A stretch of DNA of 64,000 nucleotides. Source: Octopus sinensis. Lineage: Eukaryota. The stretch is taken from the NCBI RefSeq assembly GCF_006345805.1, contig NC_042997.1, positions 111,600,001 through 111,664,000 on the forward strand. Reading direction: 5' to 3'. The position numbers and the translations under genes are program-made. Shown here in pieces: positions 38,126 to 50,520 of the stretch (position 1 is its first letter; the number at the start of each line of letters is the position of its first letter). The notes beneath the pieces were generated by a model, which worked only from the letters and a program-made list of their open reading frames with translations, was not told the origin of the DNA and did not search any database.

Positions 38126-38649
38126 GTAGAAAATGGTGGTTTTGAATCCTAAATCTTCCCAGTTGAACACGTGATCGATATGGTAATGAATTCAATCATA
38201 TACTAACATTTGAATATCTTAATTTACGCCAGGAAACCTTAACATTATTCATAATTATCATTATTTTCCATTTTATGCCAGTCTAATTACTAGAGGCACA
38301 ATGACTCCATAGATGTGCTTTGGTTATTTATCTGTAGTCCTGATGAAATAGACCTCTGATCAAAACCTTTCCAACTGTGACCATCATCATCACTTTCAAC
38401 ATCCACTTTTCTATGCTTGTGTGGGCCAAATGGAATTTATTGAGGCAGATTTTCTATAACTGGATGCCCTTCCTGTCACCAGCCCTCAGTTTTTTCAGGC
38501 AGTCATATTTCTCCATGCCCAGACATGTCTTCATAGAAAATCAAAAATGGACAACACTGCCTTTATGTCAATGACACTCATTTATAATTATCACATGGCA
38601 TCATGACAGCATTACATGAATGTCCAAAATCTGTTCCACATTATTTTAC

Positions 38650-38900
38650 TTAGCAGGAATGTTGTCTTGAGGTTTGGTGACAAGTCTCCTCAAGAATCTT
38701 TCTTGAGATTCCCTTAGAATACAGGATTGCATTTTTCTGCAGGTCGACAATGCAAATTTCAATTCCAATATTCTTCAGCCTCTTAGGTAGCAGTTTGGGT
38801 GTTGCACCAATCACTACAGGAACAATTGTCACCTCTGTCTTTCATAATCTCTTCCTCTCTCTCCAATAAGGTCCTGACCTTTCTCAATTTCTTTGAAATT
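38650..38900 (-). mobile_element. C-terminal remnant of an RLE-type non-LTR retrotransposon (R4/Dong/NeSL-like)
   Basis: TIVPVVIGATPKLLPKRLKNIGIE..IVDLQKNAILYSKGISRKILE matches the typical 'VPVVIGALG..PK...LQK..LL.TARILRKVL' terminus. Confidence 0.6.
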
Positions 38901-39019
38901 CATTCCATTATCATAAAAGCATTGCAACAACAAAGCTCCTGCATTCTTCAGTGTGTTCATAGTCATGCCTTGTCTCCTTTTTTATTGTTGTCATTATTAT
39001 ACATAAAATCAAATTTGAT

Positions 39020-39562
39020 GACTGGCATCCGTGCTAGCAGGGTGCAAAGAGCACCATACGAGTGTGATCATTGACAGAGCAGCTAACCAGCTTCCATGCC
39101 AGAGGCACATAAAAGGCACCATTCCTGTGTGATCATTACCAATGTCGCCTTACTGGCACTTGTGCCCGTGCAAGTAGGGTGTTAAGAGTATCATCCAAGC
39201 GTGATCGTTGCCAGAGCAGCCAACTGGCTTCTGTGCCGGTGACACATAAAAGGGCACCATTCAAGCGTGATTATTACCAACGTCGCCTTACTGACACCTG
39301 TGCCGGTGGCATGTGTAAAAAGATTCGAGCGAGGTCGTTGCCAGTACCACCTGACTGGCCCCCGTGCCAGTGGCACGTAAAAAGCACCCACTACACTCTC
39401 GGAGTGGTTGGCATTAGGAAGGGCATCCACCTGTAGAAACTCTGCCAGATCAAGATTGGAGCCTGGTGCAGCCATCTGGTTTGCAAATTCCCAAGTCAAA
39501 ATCATTCAACTCATGCTAGCATGGAAAGCGGATGTTAAACGATGATGATGATGATGATGATG
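39020..39562 (+). mobile_element. Family C repeat (RTE 3'-end related, Meta-SINE-like block, (GAT)n tail), representative copy
   Basis: ...AAAAGCACCCACTACACTCTCGGAGTGGTTGGCATTAGGAAGGGCATCCA..TGTAGAAAC...GGATGTTAAAC(GAT)n. The same end terminates the RTE fragment at ~53020. Other copies include 6175-6430(-), 9655-9980(-), 18635-18990(-), 23697-23948, 27765-28095(-), 31095-31435, 39985-40280(-) and 50000-50520. Confidence 0.8.
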
Positions 39563-40419
39563 AAGGCAGCAAGCTGACAAAATCATTACCACACCAAGCA
39601 AAACGCTTAGCAGCATGTCATTTGTCTTCATGTTCCGAATTCAAATATCCTTTAACCCTTTAGTGTTCAAATTTATATATCAAAAGTAATCCTTATTCAT
39701 TTACATTTAAAAAAATTAATCTGGTATTATCTTGTAGCTTCAAGATTTGAAAGATGTAATTGTTTATTTTTAGAATGACATTGCAGGGTAGGTGTGAGAT
39801 ACTGGTTCTGGCCAGTTTGAGCATAAAATGAGTAGAATATTCGGGCCGGATATAGCCGGTTTAAACACTAAAGGGTTAAGGGTTGATAAAATAAGTCCCA
39901 GATGAACACTAAGGTTGATGTAATCAACTTAATCTGACCCCAAAATTTTAGACTTTGTACCTACAGCAGAAAGGATTGTCATTATACATCATCATCATTT
40001 AACGTCCGTTTTCCATGCTGGCATGGGTTGGATGGTTCGACTGGCGACTGACAAGCCAGGAGGCTGAACCAGGCTTCAATCTGATCTGGCAAAGTTTCTA
40101 CAGCTGGATGCCCTTCCTAATGCCAACTACTCTGAGAGTGTAGTAGGTGCTTTTTACGTGCCACCAGCACAGGGGTCAGAGGGGGCTGGCATCGACCACC
40201 GGCACGTGAGCCAGTTAAGGCAGCGCTGGCATCAGCCATGTTCGGATGGTGCTTTTTATGTGCCACTGGCACCGGAACCTGCCGGAGCTGATGTGGCTGA
40301 CATCGTCATTCAACCATTCATTAACACCTGCATGCCACTCGTCCAGTACTGTTCTGACCTCGTCTACAGAATTCATATTTTTGCTGTCCAAATGATTTTG
40401 AAGACTGTGGAAGAGTCTG

Positions 40420-41140
40420 CAAATTAGGTCAAGTCCAATCATGTGCCGAGAGTGAATGCGTGCTCTTTGCTGTCATGTCTCACGAATGAACCTGTTTTGG
40501 ACTGAATAGTGACTAGTGATGAAAATGTCAAATGCCAAAGATAGTGGGTAGGGAAAGGAGAAACACCAGCATCCCAGACTAAAGAAGGTCTTCACCCATG
40601 TAAGGTGTTTGCTATCTGTTGGTGGGATATGAAAGGTTTAGTCCACTTTGAACTTTTAAACCTGAACTGAACAGTCACAAAAGGGATCCACTGCAAGCAG
40701 ATTGAGTGGCTTAAGTCAGTGCAAAAAGAAAAACAATCGTCTTTGTTTTCAAGACGAAAGGTGTTCTTCCATCAGGATAATACTCGGTCACATACAGCAA
40801 AGATGACAATCCAAAGGCCGGAGCAGTTTGAACGGGAAACGATGCCCCACCCACCATATTTGCTAGACATTGCCACATCTTATTTATTCCACACTCTTCA
40901 AAATCACTTGGACAGCAAAAATATGAATCCTGCAGACAAGGTCAGAACAGTACTGGAAGAGTATTTTTTTGTCACAGACAAATGAATTTTGGAAGTGGGG
41001 CCTTGCAAGTCTACTAGAAAGATGGAAGAGCATTGTTGAAAATGAAGGAGAATATATTTTAGATTAAAAAAGAACTTTATCTTAATTTTGAAAAATAAAA
41101 GAAGTACAAAAAAACTGCATCATTTATGGGATGACCCAAT
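40420..41140 (+). mobile_element. Mariner (DD34D-type) transposase pseudogene with right TIR
   Basis: IVTSDE..., WVGKGE, CWWDMKGLVHFELL, FFHQDNTRSHTAK, MPHPPYLLDIATSYLF..LQNHL with stops and frameshifts. Terminal TTATGGGATGACCCAATA+TA at ~41123-41142. Confidence 0.9.
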
Positions 41141-41701
41141 ATATACGCAGCAGTCCGGGCCATGTGCTAACAAGTTTGCTTTGCAAACTACATCTTGTGC
41201 AAGTATCTCCTACCATAGCCTCAAGCAGACCAAAGCTTTGTGAGTGGGTTTTCATAGACAGAAACTGAAAAAAGCCCGTCATATGTATATGTGTGCATGT
41301 ACATGCATGTGCTTGTTCAGCACCAACACTCAATAACCAGTGTTGTTGTGTTTACATCCCCATAACTTAGCAGTTCAGCAAAAGACACAGAGTAAGTACT
41401 AGGCTTAAAAAGACCAAAAAATCCCCGAGTACTGGGGTTGATTTGTTCGACTAAAATTACTCACGGTGGTGCTCCAGCATAGCCAGTCAAATGATTGAAA
41501 CAATACACACACACACACACACAAGACTTTTGGTTTTCCAAATGTTTCTTAGTCTGAAAAAAGCATTAATCTAAAGCTTCGAAGTTACTGTCAAAAGTAA
41601 CAAACACTACAGTTGAAAGGTATTGGAACAATCTTTTAATTATTGGTTGTGTTTTTTTTTTCACACATGTATAACTACATATAAGTACAAACATTTACAA
41701 G

Positions 41702-41733
<32 letters not shown>

Positions 41734-42339
41734 TGTGTGTGTGTATGGGAGTGTGCGTGATTCACAATAAGAATGGAAAAAGGGTTAAATAATTTTTGGC
41801 AGAGAAACATCAAGTGGGGAAAATTCTGGACATTTACGAATGGAATCACTTAATCCGATTAGTATTCTTCTGTCTAGTTCTGGAATTTATTTTGCTATTT
41901 TTATTAATGTGCTTGTTTGGGCCAAAAATATCTGCAGCTAAGTTTGGTAGCAGGAAGAAGGCGCTAAAAGTCCAACAGCCGATTATTTATTCTGTTACGT
42001 CTCTGGAATTGGAAACTGACTAAACAGGAACTGGTTTAAGATGGTCAGGTGATAGAACCGGTAGAGCACCAGATCAATGCCTTGAAGGAATTCTTCTGGT
42101 GTTTGGCATTTCTGTGTTCCAATTTTGCAGAGATCAGCTTGGCTTGTAATCCTTTTGGGGGTTAATAAGCAAAATACCAGTCAAGTACTGGTGTCTATTC
42201 ATTGTGAAAGGATCATGGTGACCATTGACAATGCCCCCTTTGCACAAAAAAATGGAGGAGAGTGTTGGAGCAACAGAGACTACCAACATCTTACCTGTTG
42301 CACTAGTAAAGCTGTCCAAAAAATAGAGACTAACCCCAG

Positions 42340-42570
42340 GGTGTGAGTGTGTGTGTGTGTGTGTGTATATGTGAGTGTGTGTGTGTGCGTGAGTGTGGGT
42401 GTGTGTGCGTGAGTGTGGGTGTGTGTGCGTGAGTGTGGTGTGTGTGTGCGTGAGTGTGGGTGTGTGTGCGTGAGTGTGGGTGTGTGTGCGTGAGTGTGGG
42501 TGTGTGTGCGTGTGTGCATGAGTGTTGAGTGTGTGATTGTGTGAGCGAGTGTGTGTGAGTGTGTGCATGC
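42340..42570. repeat. (GT)-derived 18-bp minisatellite GTGTGTGCGTGAGTGTGG
   Basis: Direct reading. Confidence 0.9.
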
Positions 42571-42711
42571 GTAAGTGTTTGCGGTTAAGAAATTTGCATA
42601 GCAACCAGATAATTTAGAGTTCCGTCTCACTGCCCCACAACACTCTGGAGAAATGTATTCTTCAGAGCCCCAAGCTAATCAATGCCTTGAGGGGGTATGT
42701 ATATGCAGCCA

Positions 42712-43030
42712 AGGCATGCAGCCAATGATTAGGGCATTCAGTTCACAATCACAAGGCCATTCAGTTCACAATCACAAGGCCATGAGTTCAATTCCTGGCA
42801 GAGCACTGTCTCCTTGGGCAAGGTACTTTATTTCACATTGTTCCAGTCCACTCACCTGGTAAAAATGAGTTGTACTTGTAATTTAAAGGGACAGCTTTAT
42901 CACATTCTGTGTCACATTGAATTTCCCGAGAACAATGCTAATGGGACACATGTCTAAGGAGTGCTCAACCACTTGTATGTTACTTTCATGAGCAGGCTGT
43001 TCGGTTGATCAGATCAACTGGGACACTTTG
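42712..43030 (+). mobile_element. tRNA-derived SINE (further family), with a short tandem duplication in the head
   Basis: B box GAGTTCAATTCC, block TCCTTGGGCAAGGTACTTTATTTCAC..CAGTCCACTCA and a duplicated CATTCAGTTCACAATCACAAGGC. Confidence 0.6.
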
Positions 43031-43132
43031 TTGTAACTGACAAGGTGCCACGTAAAAGGTCTAGTTTGTCAATGAAAGAGTACTCAATACGTGTTGCAAA
43101 CTGCATTTTATTTATTTTAACAGAATTTCTTT

Positions 43133-43177
43133 TTCTCACAGCTTGAGTTTCAAACTCTTGTGCTCATCAGGTGAAAA
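43133..43177 (-). ncRNA. Degenerate type-I hammerhead-like motif
   Basis: TTTTCAC-CTGATGA-gcacaagagttt-GAAAC-TCAAGC-T-GTGAGAA: 7-bp stem I and intact core. Stem II and the palindromic stem III are decayed. Followed by an AATAAA-rich tail. Confidence 0.5.
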
Positions 43178-43965
43178 TTATTTTTCTTTCTGTACACATT
43201 TTATAAACATTGGAGTGGGTCTGTTCTTATACGAACATGTGGTGCCATGCAAATAAATATGTACACACACACACACACACACACACAAATATTTAAGAGA
43301 AAGAGAGAAGGGAGAGCAATTATTTTGTGAATAGAACTTTAATATGAATATGTAACCTTTCTCCTATGCCACCCAGGATTACGGTAATTGATTACCAAAC
43401 TGTGTTTATAGATGGAATAATGATCAATGATCAGTGATTGGGATGTCAGCTGGAATGCAGCATGTCTAGTTTAGTTACACATTTTTTGACTTACAAACAT
43501 TTCACCATTTTTTTTTTGTTTTTTTCAGGTTAGAAATATTTCACTGTCAGAGATGGATGGGAAAAAAAAGGAGAAAAAATAAAGAAAAAAGTGAACGAAA
43601 CAAGCCAATATATCATGTTCTATGGAAATTTTGAACTCTTGTAAACTTTTCTTGTCATATTCAAAATATTTCATGTTGCATTAAGAATAAAAATGTTATT
43701 TGTGAAAATAAATAAGTCTAAGAATAGATATGGCATAAGATGATGTAGATTCTTAACCAAAAACTGACATTTTATACAATAACCTCTGAATCTCTAGGAA
43801 TATATTGTACGCACACGCGCACACAAACACACACTTCAACATCTGTTTTTCCTTGCTTGCATGGGTCAGATGAAATTTCTCTATGCTTCGATGCCCTTCC
43901 TGTTGCTAAACCATGTTGATCAGACATGCTTCCACAGAAAATTGGGAGCATGGGAAGAGATAGGA

Positions 43966-45090
43966 AGAGACGGGGGACAAGGAGAGAGACAAGGGACAAG
44001 GAGAGAGACAGGGGAGAAGGAGAGAGACAAGGGACAAGGAGAGAGACAAGGGACAAGGAGAGAGACAAGGGACAAGGAGAGAGACAAGGGACAAGGAGAG
44101 AGACAAGGGACAAGGAGAGAGACAAGGGACAAGGAGAGAGACAGGGGACAAGGAGAGAGACAGGGGACAAGGAGAGAGAGAGACAGGGGACAAGGAGAGA
44201 GAGAGACAGGGGACAAGGAGAGAGAGAGACAGGGGACAAGGAGAGAGAGAGACAGGGGACAAGGAGAGAGAGAGACAGGGGACAAGGAGAGAGAGAGAGA
44301 CAGGGGACAAGGAGAGAGAGAGAGACAGGGGACAAGGAGAGAGAGAGAGAGACAGGGGACAAGGAGAGAGAGAGAGACAGGGGACAAGAGAGAGAGAGAG
44401 ACAGGGGACAAGGAGAGAGAGAGACAGGGGACAAGGAGAGAGAGAGACAGGGGACAAGGAGAGAGAGAGACAGGGGACAAGGAGAGAGAGAGACAGGGGA
44501 CAAGGAGAGAGAGAGACAGGGGACAAGGAGAGAGAGAGAGAGACAGGGGACGAGGAGAGAGAGAGAGAGACAGGGGACGAGGAGAGAGAGAGAGACGGGG
44601 GACGAGGAGAGAGAGAGAGAGACGGGGGACGAGGAGAGAGAGACGGGGGACAAGGAGAGAGAGACGGGGGACAAGGAGAGAGAGAGACGGGGGACAAGGA
44701 GAGAGAGACGGGGGACAAGGAGAGAGAGACGGGGGACAAGGAGAGAGAGACGGGGGGACAAGGAGAGAGAGACGGGGGGACAAGGAGAGAGAGAGACGGG
44801 GGACAAGGAGAGAGAGAGACAGGAGGCAAGGAGAGAGAGACAGGAGAGAGAGACAGGAGCCAAGGAGAGAGAGACAGGAGACAAGGAGAGAGAGACAGGA
44901 GACAAGGAGAGAGAGAGAGACAGGAGACAAGGAGAGAGAGACAGGAGACAAGGAGAGAGAGACAGGAGACAAGGAGAGAGAGACAGGGGACAAGGAGAGA
45001 GAGAGACAGGGGAAAGGAGAGAGAGAGACAGGAGACAAGGAGAGAGACAAGCAGAAAGAGAGACAAAGAGAGAGAGAGAAGAGAGAGTGG
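43966..45090 (+). repeat. Purine-rich minisatellite [GGGGACAAGG(AG)nACA]n, ~1.1 kb
   Basis: ~19-27-bp units with variable (AG)n and almost no T on the plus strand, which explains the stop-free ORFs. Confidence 0.95.
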
Positions 45091-45186
45091 AGAGAAAGAA
45101 GAGGGAGAGGGAAGACAACTAGTACAATGCGATTGTCCCCTGAATAAAAAGGAATCCAATAGTTGAGGTTAATATCCTGCAATTAC

Positions 45187-45318
45187 TTCTTGGGAAAGAA
45201 CGACCATGATACAGCAACATTTTAAAGGTTAGTGACAGACAGGTGTAGTGTCTTCGTATCAAGAATGGAAAACAAGTGAGGAATGCCAAGACAACGCCTG
45301 CCTTGCCATCCTTCATTT
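45187..45318 (-). other. Candidate upstream non-coding exon (possible RSPRY1 5'UTR)
   Basis: Non-repetitive island bounded by TTTTTTTTAGTTTCAG| and AA|GTAATT on the minus strand. No transcript evidence. Confidence 0.25.
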
Positions 45319-45463
45319 CTGAAACTAAAAAAAACACACAAACCAAATAAATTAAGGTGAGAGTTATTGATTGCAAATATTAGATTGATGTTTAATGTAT
45401 AAAGGAGGGCGTGGATGGGTGGGTGGGGGCCATGTTGTTGAAACAAAGAGGAAGGAAGATAAA

Positions 45464-45552
45464 AAAGAAAAAGGGGAAAAAAGAAAAAGGGAAAAAAGAA
45501 AAAGGGAAAAAAGAAAAAGGGAAAAAAAGAAAAAGGGAAAAAAAGGAAAAAA
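45464..45552. repeat. 15-bp A/G repeat (AAAGGGAAAAAAGAA)n
   Basis: Direct reading. Confidence 0.85.
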
Positions 45553-45838
45553 GTGTTTTTATTGAAACTGAAATGCTTGTAATGGGTTTGGTCTCTTCAT
45601 CATTTCATGGATGAATAAACTAATGACAAGGTGACAGTAAATATGTATTGAGATAATTATTACCATAATAATAATAATAATTATAATAATGATTATTATT
45701 ATTATTATTATTATCATCATTATTATTATTATTATTAACAAAAGCAGTTTGCTAAGACATGTTTGTATGAGGTCTGATCAAAAAATGTCTAGAATGGTGC
45801 CATAAAAAAAAAAGCTGCAACACAAATGGATTCAGCAT

Positions 45839-46468
45839 TTAACCCTTTCGTTACCATTCGTTTTGAAATGCATGGCCTTTATTTCAATTAATTCTTGAAG
45901 TAATGAAGAATTTAGTAAAATAACATTATCGTTATTACACTGAGTTTTTGTTTTTTTTTAACATGAAATTTTAATGAAAGGTTTAATTTAGATGACTTTA
46001 ACCCTTTCATTACCAACCCACCTGAAACCGGTTCTGGCTCAGTAGTACAAATGTCTTGTTTTCATATGTTCCGAATTAAAATCTTCCACCAAACCTTAGT
46101 CACAATTTATGTTCCTAACACTAGCTGAATGATAACTAAGTTATCCTACTAAATTCTTTGTTATATTTAAAATTAATTGAAAGAAACACAGAGCATCTCA
46201 ACAGAAATATGGTAACAAAAGGGTTAAAATATATAATAGAGAAATAATTCTTAACCCTTTCGATACCAACCTGGCTGAAACTGTCTCTGGCTCTGTAGTA
46301 CAAATGTCTTGTTTTCATATGTTCCAAATTAAAATCTTCCACCAAACCTTAGTCACAATTTATGTTCCTAACACTAGCTAAGTTATTTTACTAAATTCTT
46401 TGTTATATTTAAAGTAATTGAAAGAAACACAGAGCATCTCAAAATAAATACAATAATGAAAGGGTTAA
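45839..46468. mobile_element. Cluster of piggyBac-like MITEs (two complete tandem copies plus one partial)
   Basis: TTAA|CCCTTT...AAAGGG|TTAA at 45998-46227 and 46251-46468, plus a partial copy from 45839. The same family occurs at ~19642-19869; a related TTAA-flanked element lies at ~39652-39879. Confidence 0.8.
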
Positions 46469-46639
46469 AACAAGAAGTTGGTATGGTAGAACCAGGGGCA
46501 GTTTGGGGGTGGATTAGTATCAATAGAGTTAATCATCATCATCATCATTTAGCGTCCGTTTTCCATGCTAGCATGGGTTGGACGGTTCAACTGGGGTCTG
46601 GGGAGCCCGAAGGCTGCACCAGGCCAGTCAAATGTCCCC

Positions 46640-46879
46640 TTCTGAAGCCACACACTTGTTTGATGGAAGCATTCCTGGAACTCCTTTTTGGGGGGATAAT
46701 GAGCAACTACCTCTTCATATTCTCTTGGATTTCTTTGATGTTTTTAAATCTTGTTGGAGGGTTTCCACTGTAAAGACTGAGCTTTGGCTTCAGGGTTCAA
46801 AGCCGTAGACCCACGATTCATCACCTGTTATGACCATTTTCAAAAAGTTCTGTCTTCCTCAACACAATCAAGGAGATCC
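46640..46879 (-). mobile_element. Mariner transposase remnant (continues beyond 47644), host of the MITE below
   Basis: Minus translation FLKMVITGDESWVYGFEP...AKAQSLQWK contains the TGDE first-D motif. Confidence 0.75.
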
Positions 46880-47643
46880 AAATCTTTTCACTTTGACCGA
46901 CAGATTTTAAAAATAATTTCTTTGTAACTAAACACTTTTAAACTTCGTATACTGGTAGAATGTGTTACATAAAACATCTTTTTCTCTTGGATTTATTGAG
47001 AAAATTATGTAGTTTGTAACATATTTCTTGTTTAATTTCTTGTATTTCGGCAATTTCAACCAATCAATGACGTCTATTGAGGTGAATACAATTACTGCTG
47101 TTGTTTCCAACAACTTCCGGCGGTACGTGTATTTGTTTACATTTGAAGAAGATCGTCACTTTCCGTAAAATTTTTATTTTTTTATATATGTGGGGTTAGG
47201 GTTAGGGGTGGGGGAAGGGTATCTTTTTTCTTCAGAAATGTAAATAAGCTGCATATATATAAACATCTTGTGGCCATAAACTGAGGGATCACTCGTAAAC
47301 AGAGCTGGATAACAAAACCGTTCCCTCATTTAGTGTTCACCCATAATTATGACCCTAGTATCAATCTCGAGTCTTCTTCAAATGTAAACAAATACACGTA
47401 CCACCAGAAGTTGTTGTTGCAAACAACAGCAGTAATTGTATTCACCTCAATGTCATTGATTGGTTGAAATTGCTGAAATACAAGAAATTTAACAACAAAT
47501 AGCTTACAAACTACATAATTTTCTCAATAAAACCAAGAGAAAAAGATGTTTTATGTAACACATTCTACCAGTATATGAAGTTTAAAAGTGTTTAGTTACA
47601 AAGAAATTATTTTTAAAATCGGCTGGTCAAAGAGAAAAGATCC
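46880..47643. mobile_element. MITE with ~275-bp TIRs and 8-bp TSD (Merlin- or hAT-like)
   Basis: Arms 46880-~47152 and ~47372-47643 are inverted copies. GGAGATCC is duplicated at 46872-46879 and 47644-47651. The right end reads GGATCTTTTC on the minus strand. Confidence 0.8.
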
Positions 47644-48632
47644 GGAGATCCTGCACAGCTGAAACTCCATCTTTTTAAACAACCAAACTCTACACACTTT
47701 ACTTCCAAGTACTGCCATAAACAACGGAAGTGAACAACAATATTAGAACTTGGTGTGCAGGAAAAACAGAGTTCAAGGTCGGTCTGTGCCAAGTGGCTTC
47801 ACTCTGCCTAGTTTAGTTCCGTTACCATAGCAACAGTGCCAATAGTTTTCGATTAGACTTTGTATTTGATAGAAAATTATCAGAAGACAGCAAATGTGAA
47901 AAATATGGAGGAACTGGAAATTAGGAAACCAACCATGATGACAATAGCAAACATTAAAAATGGTGTGTGTGTGAGTCTTGTGCAGGTGTGCATAAATGCA
48001 TGTACACATGCACGAGTGCAAGCATGCATGTTGAATTATGATAAATCCAGCCTAAATTTCTAATGAGAAGAAAATAGAACCATTTAGTTTCCATGGACTA
48101 CAAAAAAAAAAAAACAATTAATCCAAGAATGGCATCCAAGAGTTTAGGTAACATCCAAAATTCTTTTCTACTCAAGATCAGATCCAGCCCATCACACCTA
48201 CCCAACAATGTCATTCTAAAAATAAATAAACATATCACCAATATCTCAAAGCTATGAGATAATGCATGATTGATTTTTTTTTTTAAACGTGAATAAATAA
48301 ATATTACATTTGACAGAATCTGAATGCCAAAGGGCCAAAAATACACTGACCCCCCCCCCCCACACACACACACCCGACCCCGGCCAAAGCTGCTCCACCA
48401 CAGTAAAAGCCAGTCCCAGAAATACAGAAAGTTAAATGTCAGTCTCTTGTTATTCTTGTTAACTGTCACAACAAAGAAACAAGAAGCGGGTGGGAGTGTA
48501 TAGAATGACAAAGAATTTAGAAAACTAACGATAATTACATAATTACGATAGTTTTAAGAAATATCAAAATTTAATAATTAATAATGTGATTTCCAAAAGA
48601 TCTGACTTTTCCTAATTAGAGCCAAAAGGAGG

Positions 48633-48665
<33 letters not shown>

Positions 48666-49799
48666 CTGTGAATAGATTAGAGTTAACATTGTTATTTTAG
48701 AGTTAACTGTTATTTTCGAGAGAGAGAGAAAGTCAAAACATCATTGGATTAGCAAGGTTAATTAGCTGTAATTAAATGAAATAAAAGATGTAATTACATC
48801 AGAATTTTATGTATAAAACTACCAGCTACTGAAGAAACCTCTACAGAGTCACTCAAGAACTGAAGTCTCCCTCGGGTCACACTTTACTGCTGGCAGTAGG
48901 GCATTTCCATTGTAACTGACACAACATTTACAAGAAATTGGTTTTTATACTAAAAACGTTCTGGCATCTTAAACTAACTGAATACTTTAACTGCTGTGAT
49001 GCATAAACATTGCTAGATATCATTGTTTAACATCCGTTTTCCATGCTGGCATGGGTTGGATAGTCTGACTGAGGACTGGCAAGCTAGGAGGCTGCGCCAG
49101 GTTCCGATATGATCTGGCAAGGTTTCTACAGCTGGATGCCCATGTAGTATTTAATGCAACAATAAAAAGTAGTTGTTTCATACATGTTTTTTTTTTTTTT
49201 TACCTGAAGCTAAAATATAGATGCAACCTCACAAAACACGTAACTGACGCAACATACCTACTTTTGCAACAGTTACAAGACCTTTGTTGATATTCAAGAA
49301 AATGTAAAGCACCGTGTATAAGAATGAAATCAGACCCCACCCCTCACAGCATATCATAATGGTTGCAATGTTTTAAAGTAATTATTTGTCAGGATTTTGT
49401 AAACTAAACTTATAAAACCAAAACATAATTGGCACAACAAATTCTAATAGCCACAGAAAATTCTGTTTTTGCTGACAAGCAGGATGATCTACCAAAAATA
49501 TAACCCTGCCAAATGGTAGTTTTACTCCAGTTCCATCCTAAAAATAAACTTTCCATCTGGCAAAGATATATTTTCAAGAAGAACTAGATTCCTACCGTTT
49601 CTCCTTGCAGTCAAATGGCCATCTACTAGACAGGATCAAAGATGGCTGCCCTGGTCACATGACAATCCTGCAGAATTAAAAATTTTTTTACTTTTTTGAA
49701 TCCTATTGGCTCATGGGAACATAAAAATGTATAAATCATGGTAGCACAGTTTTATTATAATTTTTCAGTTTTTGTCCACTTTGGAGAAAAGTCAGGCAT

Positions 49800-50520
49800 A
49801 AGTGGCGTCAGATGTGGTAAGAGAGACAACTGTGCTGGTATTGTCCTGTGATGCATATGGACGAGGACAGCTGTGTGAAGAAGTGTTGCATTCTAACGGT
49901 GGAGGGAGCCTGTGAAAGAGGTAGAATCAGGAAGACATGGGATGAGGTGATGTTGTTCGAATGTTGGGCCCCATGGAGGTAACCACAAGTGACTGAGACC
50001 TTTGGAGATATGCTGTGCTTGAGATGTCAAGCTAAGTGAGATCATAGTCCTGGCCAATGCCAGTGTCACGTAACTGGCACATAAAAAGCACCCTTTGGAT
50101 GTTGGGCGATACACTGTGCTTATTGACAAGTGAAATTGTAGTCGTGGCTGATGACAGTGCCATCTCACTGGCACATAAAAAGCACACTAGTCAAGCATTG
50201 GGCCTCATGCAGGCAAAGACAGGCAATCACGACCTCTGGCAATATACTGTGCCACAGTGCTTGAGAAGACCTGTCAAGCCAAGTGAGATCATAGTCAAGG
50301 TTAATGCTGGTGTCATGCAAATGACACCCATGCCAGTGGCACATAAAAAGCACCTACTACGCTCTTGGAGTGGTTGACGTTAGGAAGGGCATCCAGCTGT
50401 AGAAACCATGCCAAACCAGACTGGAAACTGGTGCAGCTCCCTGGCTTACTAGTTTTCAGTCAAACTGTCCAACCCATGCTAGCAAGGAAAACAGATGTTA
50501 AATGATAACGATGATGATGT
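49800..50520 (+). mobile_element. 5'-truncated RTE LINE 3' end with family-C tail
   Basis: ERQLCWYCPVMHMDEDSCVKKCCILTVEGACERGRIRKTWDEV, then a 3'UTR ending GTTAAATGATAACGATGATGAT. Confidence 0.75.

Noticed and set aside
43772-45182. ~400-450-aa Arg/Glu-rich or Leu/Ser/Pro-rich ORFs
   Set aside because: Translation of a T-less GA minisatellite, open in most frames on both strands.
47192-47207. Interstitial telomere or chromosome fusion scar
   Set aside because: Only two TTAGGG units, located inside a MITE.
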